DNA from: Laetmonice hystrix
Lineage: Eukaryota
Assembly: GCA_965235115.1 (NCBI GenBank)
Contig: OZ249436.1
Span: 45,262,001-45,326,000 of the forward strand
Reading direction: 5' to 3'
Length of the DNA stretch: 64,000 bases
The position numbers and the translations under genes were made by a program. The first letter of the stretch is position 1. Each line of letters starts with the position of its first letter. The notes under the pieces are model-generated. The model was not told where the DNA came from, ran no database searches, and saw only the letters and a list, made by a program, of their open reading frames with translations. Positions 36,642 to 50,125 of the stretch are shown here, piece after piece.

Positions 36642-37423
36642 ATTTTGAGATTATGTATGTAGTTGAGTACATTTTGAGATTATGTATGTAGTTGAGTACA
36701 TTTTGAGATTATGTATGTAGTTGAGTACATTTTGAGATTATGTTTGTAGTTGAGTACATTTTGAGATTATGTTTGTAGTTGAGTACATTTTGAGATTATG
36801 TTTGTAGTTGAGTACATTTTGAGATTATGTTTGTAGTTGAGTACATTTTGAGATTATGTTTGTAGTTGAGTACATTTTGAGATTATGTTTGTAGTGGAGT
36901 ACATTTTGAGATTATGTTTGTAGTGGAGTACATTTTGAGATTATGTTTGTAGTTGAGTACATTTTGAGATTATGTTTGTAGTGGAGTACATTTTGAGATT
37001 ATGTTTGTAGTGGAGTACATTTTGAGATTATGTTTGTAGTTGAGTACATTTTGAGATTATGTTTGTAGTTGAGTACATTTTGAGATTATGTATGTAGTTG
37101 AGTACATTTTGAGATTATGTTTGTAGTTGAGTACATTTTGAGATTATGTTTGTAGTTGAGTACATTTTGAGATTATGTTTGTAGTTGAGTACATTTTGAG
37201 ATTATGTATGTAGTTGAGTACATTTTGAGATTATGTTTGTAGTTGAGTACATTTTGAGATTATGTTTGTAGTTGAGTACATTTTGAGATTATGTTTGTAG
37301 TTGAGTACATTTTGAGATTATGTTTGTAGTTGAGTACATTTTGAGATTATGTTTGTAGTTGAGTACATTTTGAGATTATGTATGTAGTTGAGTACATTTT
37401 GAGATTATGTTTGTAGTTGAGTA
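36642..37423. repeat. 29-bp minisatellite, ~27 copies
   Basis: ATTTTGAGATTATGTWTGTAGTTGAGTAC. Confidence 0.97.
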
Positions 37424-37626
37424 GCCTACATTTTAAGATGGTTTCAGATTATCGTAAACTCAAACATTTACAAAAAAAAAAAAAAATCGGTGGGTGACAG
37501 TATAACTGAACACCCCCGGGACTGGGGTACAATAGGTCCCAGGACTGAATTAAATGGCTGCTATTGGCTGGAATATTGTCGACATAATCTCGTAAAACCT
37601 CCAATTCACTCGTTTACCATGGAAGT

Positions 37627-37710
37627 GGCGGTGGCCGGGTGGGCGTTGATAACTGCTGTGCGAATGGGTGCATTTATATTGGGGCCGGGGTTCAATTCCA
37701 GTAGAGGACT
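37627..37710 (+). mobile_element. Possible decayed tRNA-derived SINE head
   Basis: A-box-like TGGCCGGGTGG and B-box-like GGTTCAATTCC; no tail or TSD seen. Confidence 0.3.
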
Positions 37711-38540
37711 ACACAACCATTTTCTTGCTTTCTGAAAGTAACTGGGTTACGCCTGATTCCCGTGCATTATCACTAATATCAGCCAGACCTTCTTGCAATC
37801 TGAAGGAAGGTTTCGGGGTCGCTTCTCCTTCTCCCCTCTTCGTACCCCCCCCCCCACTCGATCCTGTTCGTGCCCCCCCCCCCCCCGCCACTCGATCCTC
37901 ATCGACGGGTGGGAGAGTTTCCCCTCCTCTTCGAGGGATGGGGGGGGGGACCTGCAGGAAGACAGCCCCAGACTTGAGAATCCTCAGGGGAGTTTTCCGA
38001 GGGTAAGCCCCCTGTAGCATAGAACTTGCTGGACTTAAGGACAAGCACGCATGCACCCCAAGCACGCACACCAAGCACGCACACCTCAGCGCTCCACAGG
38101 ACCTAGGGAAGTTAACAAAATCTAGGGAAGTTAGCAAACTCTTTTTAACAAAGATTTGGTTTTACACAAATTCTGTTACCGGTATTAAAGGCATTAGGAA
38201 GTTCACTATTGGCTAGATTACAGTGCTGTCATATTATTTGCTCAAAACCGGTTTGGGCAAAGTAAAAGCTAATGTGTCATGAACCTTCTTTGTCACTGCG
38301 GTTTTATAACTTCCTCCAAATTAAGAGGAAAGTCATTAAACTCATCATCAAAGACAACACCTTCACGTTTCCTTTCAATCCAGTCAATGGGTTTGCACCA
38401 ATTATTGCCGTCTTACGTTTTTACCCGTCAGGCGTGGTGGTTGTCATGCCAACTTAACAATTCTCTTTGGTTATTTTAAAGACTGTAAATAAAAGCCACA
38501 TGCTGTCAGAGTGAAGAACTGTGATGTGGCTACTGCCATT

Positions 38541-39060
38541 CCAGTTGAAGGTAAAGGTTCTAGTCGAAGGTAGAGTGTCTCCAGTCGAAGGTAGAGTGTC
38601 TCCAGTCGAAGGTAGAGTGTCTCCAGTTGAAGGTAGAGTGTCTCCAGTTGAAGGTAGAGTCTCTCCAGTCGAAGGTAGAGTGTCTCCAGTCGAAGGTAGA
38701 GTGTCTCCAGTCGAAGGTAGAGTGTCTCCAGTCGAAGGTAGAGTGTCTCCAGTTGAAGGTAGAGTGTATCCAGTCGAAGGTAGAGTGTCTCCAGTCGAAG
38801 GTAGAGTGTCTCCAGTTGAAGGTAGAGTGTCTCCAGTTGAAGGCAGAGTGTCTCTAGTCGAAGGTAGAGTGTCTCCAGTTGAAGGTAGAGTGTCTCCAGT
38901 TGAAGGTAGAGTGTCTCCAGTTGAAGGTAGAGTGTCTCCAGTCGAAGGTAGAGTGTCTCCAGTTGAAGGTAGAGTGTCTCCAGTTGAAGGTAGAGTGTCT
39001 CCAGTTGAAGGTAGAGTGTCTCAGTTGAAGGTAGAGTGTCTCCAGTTGAAGGTAGAGTGT
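38541..39060. repeat. 21-bp minisatellite, ~24 copies
   Basis: CCAGTYGAAGGTAGAGTGTCT. Confidence 0.97.
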
Positions 39061-39277
39061 AGGGATACGTTTGGGGGAAGGTCTGGGGTAGATCTCGGGG
39101 AGGGGGGGGGGCAGCTGCCCCTGAGATTTCCAGGTTTTCCTTTACGAAAAAAAATGTTTTTTTAACACCTGGTACTGCTCAGGCGGCTCAGGAGCCAGCC
39201 CTGTCTTGGGACGGAAAAAAAGATAGATTCTAAGGTCATATCACCACGTTACCACGTTACCCAGACAACGAGACCCG

Positions 39278-39403
39278 GGCCCGGTTCATAAACAAAGTCA
39301 AGTCAATTTTAATTAACTTGAAATCAATTTTAGCCAATCAGATTCAAGTAAAATTGACTTCAAGTCAATTAAAATTGACTTGACTTTGTTTGTGAACCGG
39401 GCC
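39278..39403. mobile_element. 126-bp near-palindromic Harbinger-like MITE
   Basis: GGCCCGGTTCAYAAACAAAGTCAAGTCAATTTTAATT inverted ends; CCG on both flanks (39275-77, 39404-06). Confidence 0.85.
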
Positions 39404-39405
39404 CC

Positions 39406-39692
39406 GGTCCCGGTTTCTGAAAGGCTAAACAGCTAAGCAGAGCTACAGCAGCCCGTAGGGACATAGACTTTTAGTGTTGTTAACTTTCTAGATTCATTTT
39501 CATCGATATTTTCATAGTGATAATAATTTAACCGTGGTGATAATATTTTCACCGCGGTAGTATGTCCACTGCCGTGAAAATATCTATGAAAATCAATGTA
39601 GAAAATTAAAGTGTCTGTGTCCTCGTGGGCCACCGTAGCCCTGCTGAGCCTCAAGCTTGCTGCTTGGAGCCTTTCTGAAACCGTCCGGGGCC
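39406..39692. mobile_element. Adjacent older MITE
   Basis: CGGTTTCTGAAAGGCT ... AGCCTTTCTGAAACCG imperfect inverted ends. Confidence 0.55.
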
Positions 39693-40518
39693 TGATCAAC
39701 GGTTCTGTTACCGGTCTGCAGGTACTCTGTCTGTCTACTGGCGAAAGGCGGCCTCTGTATTGATGTGAACTCTTACAGTTTACTCCGCATCTTAATTTAG
39801 AAACAGGTGATCGTCTACTCTTTCATCCTCAGGCTATAACGGACACAGTCTAAGTTAGACCTCGATGTACTCGTTCACTATGATGAACCGGATGGACGTG
39901 TGGGTGCTGTGAGGGCATTGTTTCTGATCGTTCTACGGCGGGTAGACATCTTTCCGTCTTAGAAACGCCATCCTTTTGACCTTCAGAAGGTCATCATTAA
40001 GTGTCCCTGTTCCTTCCGGTCTGAGGCGGGAGGCTGTAATTGAGAGCGTTTACGTTTCTGTGTGAGTCAATTACGACATTACATTATTGGTTTAGTTTCA
40101 AACAACATTTGATATTTTAACGTGCTAACCGGATGTTTTTTGTTTTACCTTTCATAATGTCCAGGCCTATACATTGACATTTTACTGAAAGATTAACGGC
40201 AAATGCCTTGGAAAAAGAATGTGGTGTCCGTGTAAGCTTGCGGTGAACTCACTGAATCGGACGAAGAGGAAAAAGATAATGAAGAAGGTACGAGCCTGAC
40301 TCATGTTTGGTCAGATCTACGGGAAAGAGGTTACTCTAGCAAGGGATCATTTTCAAATGTAGTTCTTGTGGAAATGCATATTAAAACACAATGTTCTGTT
40401 TTAGATAGCCATCTCTCAGCTAAATAACATGGTAATTTAGCGAGGCGCGCACTAGATAACCAATCCGACACCTGTCAGACTCAGCTGGTTAGTATCAGCT
40501 GACATTTACTAATAACAT

Positions 40519-40824
40519 CAGGGACCAGTTCTCAAAAACTTAAGATCCTCCTTAAGGCTAAGCTTAACGCTTCCGATTGGCTGGTATGCTTAGACCAGCC
40601 AATCAGAAGCGTTGAGCAGGGCCGTGCCCAGAGATTGATGCGGAGGGAGGGGGGGGGGGGGTGGTGTTATTGGTGCGGTTCCATTGGTGCAGGGGGGGGG
40701 GGGCGGATTCAAGTGTTAGTTAGGACCTAAAAAAACTAAAAAAAATCTTTGGCACGGGGGGGGGGGGCCTGTTGAGCTTAAGCTTAATTAAGCAGGATCT
40801 TACGGTTTTATAAACTGTGCCCTG
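40519..40824. mobile_element. Harbinger-like palindromic MITE interrupted by a nested element
   Basis: Arms TAAGATCCT...TAAGCTTAACGCTTCCGATTGGCTGGT / ACCAGCCAATCAGAAGCGTTGAG[insert]CTTA...AGGATCTTA. Confidence 0.72.
40617..40771. mobile_element. Nested element with CAGGGCCGTGCC...GGCACG(G)nCCTG ends
   Basis: TTGAG duplicated at 40612-16 and 40772-76; can also be read as a 7-bp GTTGAGC duplication. Confidence 0.75.
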
Positions 40825-40855
40825 GCAGGACTTGTATTCTCGGCGTATGATCCGA

Positions 40856-40953
40856 AAATAACTCATGGATCTCTGTACATTGTATTTAAAACAACTCATG
40901 GATCTCTGTACGTTGTATTTAAAATAACTCATGGATCTCTGTACATTGTATTT
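40856..40953. repeat. 33-bp repeat x3
   Basis: AAAAYAACTCATGGATCTCTGTACRTTGTATTT. Confidence 0.9.
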
Positions 40954-41488
40954 TCTGTACGTGTGTTGTACCTATCATTTGGAGCTGACGCCTGTAGAGG
41001 CGCGATTTGTCCATGAAGGGTGAGTATAGTTTTGAGGTGACGCCTGTAGGGTGGCCACCTGTCATATTGAGACCATTGCCTGTAGTATATTATAGCAGAG
41101 TGTTACCATGCGCCTGTCACTCCATGGTCCAGCCCCGTGTACCCGAGTGTTGTCTCACCGATTATCAGACAATGATTTGTCCGCCAGCAACTGGAACACC
41201 CGCCCACCAGGGGGCGCTCGTAGCGATCACTCAGACTGGCATTGATTGCTGCCGTCAGCACCTGACTCAGATTGTTGACTTTAATCTGATTCATTGATTG
41301 AACCAGACCACGGGAATCCTCATTCTCCGGCCTTTGAATCATCAGTTAGAAGCATAGGGTACCATAAATTATTGGCAATTTAGAGTGAATATCAACACAC
41401 ATAATATTAGTAATTCCTTGTGATTGCTTTGGTCTGGCATTAATCCTTTTATCATCTTAGCATAATCTATTTATTGATATCTTGAAAT

Positions 41489-42957
41489 TATGGTGGCCCA
41501 AAAGTATCATCTCGACTTACAAAATCTCGCATGGGGCAAATAAAATCAAAATCTCGCATGGTAGAAACACAAAATCAAAATCTCGCATGGTAGAAACAAA
41601 AATCAAAATCTCGCATGCTAGAAAAACAAAATCAAAATCTCGCATGCTAGAAACACAAAATCAAAATCTCGCATGCTGGAACAAAATCAAAATCTCGCAT
41701 GGGGCTTTTTACGGGCGCTGCCATGTTGAAACTAGGCAAGCGACGCGCAAGCGCAGTATCGCCGGAAGTAGTCAGAGTGGCCTGGATCATCACGCCCTCT
41801 GTCGGCATACGCCCCAGTCTGATCCTAGCCTGGTCCCCGGTGCCTACCATACGCATCCGCTTGATGTTAGGCCCGGTGATGGCTAACAGAAAGCTGTAAA
41901 ACGGAAGTGGTGATCTCCAAGCACTTCCGCCTCGGAGCTAATCACTTCCGCCTCCGGTCCGTTGGTCAGCGTTAACAGAGTGATTGACTTCTGCTTGGAG
42001 CGTGGCCGGGAGTGGCCAACAATAGCAACATGCCCCTGCGTATGCAGACCGTAGCAGGTGTGGGGACTGGTAACGTTATGTTTACATCCAGAAAAGCGAG
42101 GACATTTAACACTTGTATTTTAAAGGGATTGGCGAAAATATTTGTGTCTTGTTGGAGAAATACGGGGGGTACGGAACTATACCTCGTTTGCGTCCATGTT
42201 TTCGATGGGCCAATCACAACGCTTGCTTCGATTGGCCTTCACCAGGCTTTATATTGGCCTGGTCCCCATTCGGCCCACCTCGGGACTGTCCGGGCCAGGT
42301 CCGGAAGTTGGGCCGAGGTTTTCCGAATGGCCTGGTCCCTAGCCTCGCCAAGAGTACCTGGTCCCCTGTCTTGCATGGATCCAGCCGCGCTCCTACTGTG
42401 CATTTTCTCCATGCGAGATTTTGATTTTGTGTTTCTAGCATGCGAGATTTTGATTTTGTGTTTCTAGCATGCGAGATTTTGATTTTGTGTTTCTAGCATG
42501 CGAGATTTTGATTTTGTGTTTCTAGCATGCGAGATTTTGATTTTGTGTTTCTAGCATGCGAGATTTTGATTTTGTGTTTCTAGCATGCGAGATTTTGATT
42601 TTGTGTTTCTAGCATGCGAGATTTTGATTTTGTGTTTCTAGCATGCGAGATTTTGATTTTGTGTTTCTAGCATGCGAGATTTTCTGTTTGCCCCATGCGA
42701 GATTTTGATTTTTTGTTTGTACCATGCGAGATTTTTATTTTGCGAGTACGAGATTTTATTTTGCGAGTACGAGATTTTATTTTGCGAGTACGAGATTTTA
42801 TTTTGCGAGTACGAGATTTTATTTTGCGAGTACGAGATTTTATTTTGCGAGTACGAGATTTTATTTTGCGAGTACGAGATTTTATTTTGCGAGTACGAGA
42901 TTTTATTTTGCGAGTGCGAGATTTTTAAGTACGAGATGATACTTTTGGGCCACCATA
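41489..42957. mobile_element. Non-autonomous foldback-type element with IS3EU-like termini
   Basis: Perfect 26-bp TIR TATGGTGGCCCAAAAGTATCATCTCG; 6-bp TSD TGAAAT (41483-88, 42958-63). Subterminal 29-bp and 21-bp arrays carry AAAATCTCG in inverted orientation. Confidence 0.88.
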
Positions 42958-44628
42958 TGAAATAGAAAACGGCCCAATTTGGCTCTGTGCATAGTCTGAA
43001 TTGTGTTGTAAGCAAAACTATATAAAAACACCGTATCAAATTTAGGAATACGCGATAACTTTACGAACTTTAGGTGTTTGTAAATGATATTTACACAAAA
43101 CGGCTCAGAGCAAACTTCGTTGTATTTTCCACATTACAAATATAAATGGATAGACAGGGTGTACACTATTTGTATGTAGTGCGTCTGTTTTGTTCAGGAC
43201 CTGTGCCAGCCAACTATAGTAATTGGTCCTTTGGGAATGCCTTGTCAGCGTGCTTTAATCGTACACTCACACACAAAGTGATTGGTATAGTATAAGTTTA
43301 CAGCTGGCAATTAGGACCAGGTGAAGTTCAATTATAGAGCGCATTTCGTGCGCATTTCACGCACACTGGTTAAATGAATAATAGGTTCAGAGTGGGACAA
43401 TAGCAAATATTGTATTTGGTATGGAGCGATCTGAAACTTTATTGTAGTTCATCAGTTTCTTTAAACACCTCTCTGCTCTGCTGGACATTTATTTTCGTCG
43501 AGCAGCATTTGGAATTCTGTACTTTTCGGCCACCGTACCTACCCGAGTCGATCGCTGGGCCCGTTCTCAGACGAGCTCATTCCGCCACCATTGGGACGGA
43601 GAGGTGGGAGTTTCGGAGACTGACCGCGGCCTGATCGGGTTGATTGGTAGTTTCCGGTAGGTGGCGCTGGGGTAGTGTCGGAGGTAACAGTTGAGGAAGA
43701 CGAGATCCTGTGGTACTGAGTGGCCGTCGGTATTGGAACTGACAGGGGTGCGGATGATGGTGTGATTTCTTGGCTTCCACAGATGATTGCTGGTCAGTAT
43801 TGAATTTTCACTCCTTATCTTGTCCGTGATAGGATTTCAGCCTGAGGTCTGTATGGATTCCTTCCTGAAAAAAAGGTTCTTTCTGTCAATTGAAAGACAA
43901 GCCAGGGTGTCAGCCCACAGCGTCTGGGGCGTCTGGCCTCGGTGTGAAAGAAATAGCCGCCTGAAATAACAATGACGGGCCATGCGGCGGATCCTGCTTT
44001 TTTGGAAGGGGGGGGGGCGGGATCTAAGTGTGAAATCTGATAAAAAAAGGGACCCAACATGGTAAATCAGAAAGCTGTATGAGAAAAAATGGGGGGGGGG
44101 GGGACTTATCACGTATTAGATGTGCCGTCTATAGGCCTAGGTGTAATACCTCGCTTTAAAAACTCAGTGAAGGTTGTTCTTGTATACATCGAGGTTATTG
44201 TGTTACATGAACTGTCAGCTGCATATGATGTCAAATTTTTATGAGGGATCGTCATGAAATATACTGATGCCGAGTCTAGTGGACCATAATTATGAAGTAA
44301 AATGTTTGGGAGAAACGCATTGTTGCTTCATGATTATCAAGAAGATAAGATATTTTACTCCTCATCTCAGAGACGTGAGCGCGGCATGATATTGAGTTAA
44401 TTTGGTATTAATATGGGTAATACCTTGAGTTAACCTACTTCAGTTTCTTTCACATCTGGAGAGCTGATCTGTTGAACACTCCGCATGCAGCAATGTTTGC
44501 GTAAAATGGCCGTTAGTGGAATGACCGTCTGAAGGCAAACGTAACCACCGTGGACGTGAAGGTCAGGCTGCAGTTCTCATTACCATAAAAGTGTTCTAAG
44601 GAATTATGTGAGAACAGTAGTAAATTTC

Positions 44629-45259
<631 letters not shown>

Positions 45260-46488
45260 GTCGAGGGAACGCAGGTGAGAACATTTAATATCCACATGAT
45301 GTGAAAGTGTTTTGGGGCAAATGAGCAAAGCCAAACACCAGCTGCAATGTGACATGTATGCATCTAAAGCAATCTTGTAAATCCATATCCGCTGTCAAAC
45401 GGCTATGTTTGTCATGCTGGAATTGTGTTGTTGTACCAGCAGAGCCATAAAAGATGCAACTCATTGCAAGTCCAAAACAATAGCGCAGAAATATCATTTA
45501 TTGTGGTCGTTCTAGACGAAGCGTTTGCCCTGAGGAGGTTTCGTGTTTCCAAGTTGTGGGGGTAGTAGGTTGTTGTACTCGTGATGTATTGCCTAAGGCT
45601 GTACCTGGCTACCAGGTGTCCCCACGCTGTCCCCTCCAGGGTTTAAGGCCGGCGTCTCCCCTGCACGCGCGCCATTCCTCCAGGCAGTTGTTTTCAACAC
45701 GGAGGTATAAGTGAACTTGCCAGTTTCGCGCGGGGGAGAACTTGCTCCTGTTGGAGTCAAGCTGGGAGTAAGATGTTCCATCAGATGCATTGTGGATGAT
45801 CACACAGGGGTTATAGTCACGTGGTGTGTAGAACGAGATTTCATTGGTTGATGATCAGTTTTGTCAACAGGTGGCGCTGTGGGACGATAACTAGGTCAGA
45901 AGGTCAGATGAACAGGTGACGTTTGCCCTCAGGACGTGACGCAGCCATGAATTTGATTGGTAGATAATACACATTGTGCCTCCTGGGGCCTCCTGGGCAT
46001 GAGCTTGTTACTTTGTATAGCAATCATCCGACTTCTATCTCCTGATTTTATTTGTGGGATAAAGAAAATCCATAAGCGATCTGTCAACAGGATATCGACG
46101 TTTCCCACCTGCATGTGCGATCATCTCGCTTCGATAGCTTCTAGAGATATTATATGTAAACTCATATTGGTTATTATTTTCTACGATCGATAAAGAATAT
46201 TTGTTATATTGCATATTGACCAGAGTAAACGACCATGCGTTATACCAGCCGTTACATGTGGTTACGGATGTGATTACGGTGAACCCGTAACAATGTCGGC
46301 CTGAGGCATGCACGTAGGGACGGCATGCTGAGGGCAGAGGTGAACTGAGTCATGGCATCTCGAACTGTGCTACTTCATTGTGCATCTCTACGGAGACACT
46401 GATCATTCTGTCTTCACTAAAGGTGGAGGAGTCACGACCACACTACCAGCTGGTATTTATAAACACATTGGGAACCCGTTATAATGTA

Positions 46489-46887
46489 ATATTATACACC
46501 TGGCCCAGCTAAGCAATCTGATTGGTCCATTTGTACCACGTGACCGTCCCGAAAATTTTGATATTGAATGGTAAAATACGATATTGGACGGTTCGCTCTG
46601 GAAACCATAGAGACGACGTCAAAGTAGATATAAATGATAAGAGCAGTCCTGCCCGGCTGCCCAGGCTAATTCTAGATGATAAGATGATAAGATGGATAAG
46701 ATAAGATGAATTTAACTATAGTAACTAGTTAATGGGGTTCTAAAGTTAATGTGTCCAATTGTCACATTGACCATTGTTACAGAAAATGTGTTCATTAAAG
46801 TTTAACCTACATAATTTTCATAAGCGGGTGTTGTCGACTTATCAATATTTTACTTAGGCCCTATAGACCTCTATAGGTGTATAATAT
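46489..46887. mobile_element. Possible non-autonomous element with 13-bp TIR ATATTATACACCT
   Basis: Inverted ends; subterminal CTGATTGGTCC and CACGTGAC. Superfamily not assignable. Confidence 0.45.
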
Positions 46888-47635
46888 AGCAAGTGTTAGA
46901 TGGCAGCTCGTCTACTATACAGTTTACGGGACTCGCCGCCATCCAATATTTGTATAATATTACATGTATATGAAAGAACAGAATACTAATATGCTGTCTG
47001 ACTTTGTGAAAAATATCCCATCTCTTTATTCAGAAACTTTGATAAAAATACAGCTACTCCATCACAACCTCAATGAAGGCATTTTGTTTTATGAGGCCTT
47101 TGACTTGAACCTTTGTTTACCAGCAAGGAGAATCATTGCAGTTCTCTGGGCAGATCATGAATCTTTGACACATGCGATAAGAAAGAAATAATCGACAAAG
47201 ACACTTGTCACTCGGGAAGGCAAAGCCATGGGTGTGAGAAAACGCGCATGGCACCGGAAGACAAGCGGTAGTTGGTTGTCGGGAAGTTTTCGAGGAACAT
47301 CAAGGGGTAATTTCTGTATGAAATGAATGGCTCCCGTTTAGTTCAGGTACAACAAAATGTTAAAGAGGCATGCTAAAATGTACATTTTTGAGGATTTCCG
47401 GCGATTATCCAACATGACCGTGTACTAGGGATCCAAGTAAATAATCCTACCACAGCATTTTGTCCTCCGACGTGTTTTCGCTGCGTATGCAGCACAAGTA
47501 GATTCTATTCGACCAAACCTATAGATTTCTCCCGAAAGCACATCTCCCGCCATAATTTAGGAGACAACCTCCCATCAACCCGTGTAATCGCGTACTGCGT
47601 CACATCCTGTGTGTGCTCTCGTGCCAAACTAGTTC

Positions 47636-47705
47636 CTACCGCGCATGCGCGACCTCTGACCTCTGACCTCTGCCGTTGGAGAGTCGTGCTTGGTCACGTG
47701 CTTCG
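47636..47705. promoter_or_regulatory. Promoter-like motif cluster
   Basis: NRF1-type GCGCATGCGC (47641-50), (GACCTCT)x3 and E-box GTCACGTG in a CpG-rich context. Confidence 0.4.
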
Positions 47706-48720
47706 CTTAAATTAGTTGTAAACAATTCAGCAGAGCACTCGCATATCGTTTGGCATCAGCATATTTTACGCAAAATATTTTACGGAATCAGCGGTGAAGC
47801 GGGCAAGTAAAGAAAGATACAGAATTAAGTTGGAAAAGACAGCAAGTCAATCTCGGAAACCAAGGCAGGGGGCTGCTGGCGAGGTTGGCGGGGTCGTTGG
47901 CAGTGGCACCTAGACTGGCTCGAGACAGTCGAGTGTCGCGACGGCCGGTGAGGCTGTGTGTGTTGGGGGAGCGAGGGTGGACACACGGGACACGGTCGGT
48001 AGGTACGTACGGAGCCGCATTCCCGATTCCTTCCACCACGATCGAGTGTCAGACAATTTCCTGACTGATAAAACTAAACGTACACACGAAATGTTTGGCG
48101 TTTATACTCGCCATATCCATCCCGTTCGAAGCCATGTGAAACGCTTCAAAACAAACCGTCTGAGCATGCGCGAGGGTTCTGCGTGTCACGTGTGTCAACA
48201 AAAGCCACGTGCAAACGATGGGCAGAGCTGTTTTTCCAGAAAGCCAGCAAGGGGGCTTCAAAAACTTCGATTTCTCACGCAAAATGGAACTGATAAGTTT
48301 ACCAAGCAATTTTAATGAAGGACCTCTTCATGAAAACAGCAAAGGTTCTTTGAAATACCGATTTGTCATGTTTCCCCATAAAATACACCTTTAATATAAC
48401 CTTGGTTGTCCTTGTTAGAACTGTCTAGAACATTGAGATGGGAGTCAACAGACATGTATAGAGCTCAATGTTACTTGACTGCATCAATAATTCTGTACAA
48501 TTATTGCAAGGTTTGTTGGACTACTTTGATCATTAATTGATGCTATTTTGGTGCTTCAAACGTCGCAGAAAAATAAAAACAGAACTCGACCAAATGGATT
48601 GGACACCGTTATCTATGAGATTTCTTTGAATAGTTTATTGCAATCTTATGATTAACACTGTAGTCGCATTGCTAACACTGTTATCTTGGTCCAATCCTGC
48701 ATGCTAACTTTGGAATGCCA

Positions 48721-49065
48721 TTAATAGTCCTGGAATATCATTACTAGTCCTGGAATATCATAACTAGTCCTGCAATATCATTGCTAGTCCTGCAATATCA
48801 TTGCTAGCCCAGCAATATCATTGCTAGTCCTGCAATATCATTGCTAGTCCTGCAATATCATTGCTAGTCCTGCAATATCATTGCCAGTCCTGCAATATCA
48901 TTGCCAGTCCTGCAATATCATTGCTAGTCCTGCAATATCATTGCTAGTCCTGCAATGTCATTGCTAGTCCTGCAATGTCATTGCTAGTCCTGCAATGTCA
49001 TTGCTAGTCCTGCAATGTCATTGCTAGTCCTGCAATATCATTGCTAGTCCTGCAATATCATTGCC
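48721..49065. repeat. 20-bp minisatellite, ~17 copies
   Basis: TTGCTAGTCCTGCAATRTCA. Confidence 0.96.
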
Positions 49066-50090
49066 CTGAATGCCATTGCTGAACCTGGAACTTCGCTGCT
49101 AAAGTTGCAGTCTCCCTGCTAGCCCAGCAGTGTCATTGGGAACCCTACTATCTCATTGCTGGCCTTAGTTGTCCAAAACAATTTGAAGCAGCTAAACAGT
49201 TGACTAACTGTGTGACGGTAATTAATACCGTTATAGACAGCAGGTTTTTCCTCCCGGTAAAACGCATCCGGCTGGGAATGGTTGATTAGCAGTAACAAAA
49301 ACGGTGTCCACTACACTGTGACAGTCCTAGGTTTAAATTTTCATCACACGTCCCGTTAGCAACTTATCAATGGGACAAATTGCTAATTAGATGATATCAA
49401 AAGTCAAAAACTAAATTTATGTTTTACTACAAGTACCAAAATGTCAATGCCATTCCTTTTAAAGGATCGAGGCGTTTGAAGAGCGGCTGAAATAATTTGA
49501 CATTTCTCCCCGAGTCGCTGACCAATTAGGTAATTGGTTATCAAGAAAACTATAATACATGTAGAAAGGATGGAAACTACGCTAAACGATGGGACTCACT
49601 GGTTGCCATTAATGGTAACTAGTTAAATGTATTTCCTTACTTTACCGAGGTGTACACGGTATAGAATGATGACGTAATCACAGTTCAAACCTGATGATGT
49701 AATAGTCGTGAGGATGAATGCCCGAGAATATGAAAATGTAGTAAAAGTGACTCGGAGATGCAGCTCTAAAGTTGAACTTGATTTTTAAAAGATCCATGTT
49801 ATATCTATAAAATTGATAAAGAATGATATCTTGTGGTTTTCCTTCTGTGTCTTAGATATGAAGATATGTATTAGACGGTAGTGAGTGGTTGGAGAATATT
49901 GGTGAGAAAAACTCCAATGTCCTGTGACATTTTAATCCTGCTAGTCGCAAAGTGGGTCAACCTCTGACATTACAACATCCGTTATATTCTGGCACGCCGG
50001 TTGGAGATCTGTCTATTTGCTCAGGTTGAATAGTAGCTGTCAGAGGGGACCCTCTCCTGGCGTGTCTAGGATACCGTGCGAACTGCGGAA

Positions 50091-50125
50091 TATAAACAGG
50101 TCAAAGGTCAAGGTCGGCCAGGTCA
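50091..50125 (+). promoter_or_regulatory. TATAAA followed by a perfect nuclear-receptor DR1 and extra half-sites
   Basis: TATAAAC-AGGTCA-A-AGGTCA-AGGTCG-GCC-AGGTCA. Confidence 0.4.

Noticed and set aside
38521..39165. (VEGRVSP)n 214-aa ORF
   Set aside because: 21-bp satellite that frameshifts near its end, with no splice or domain support.
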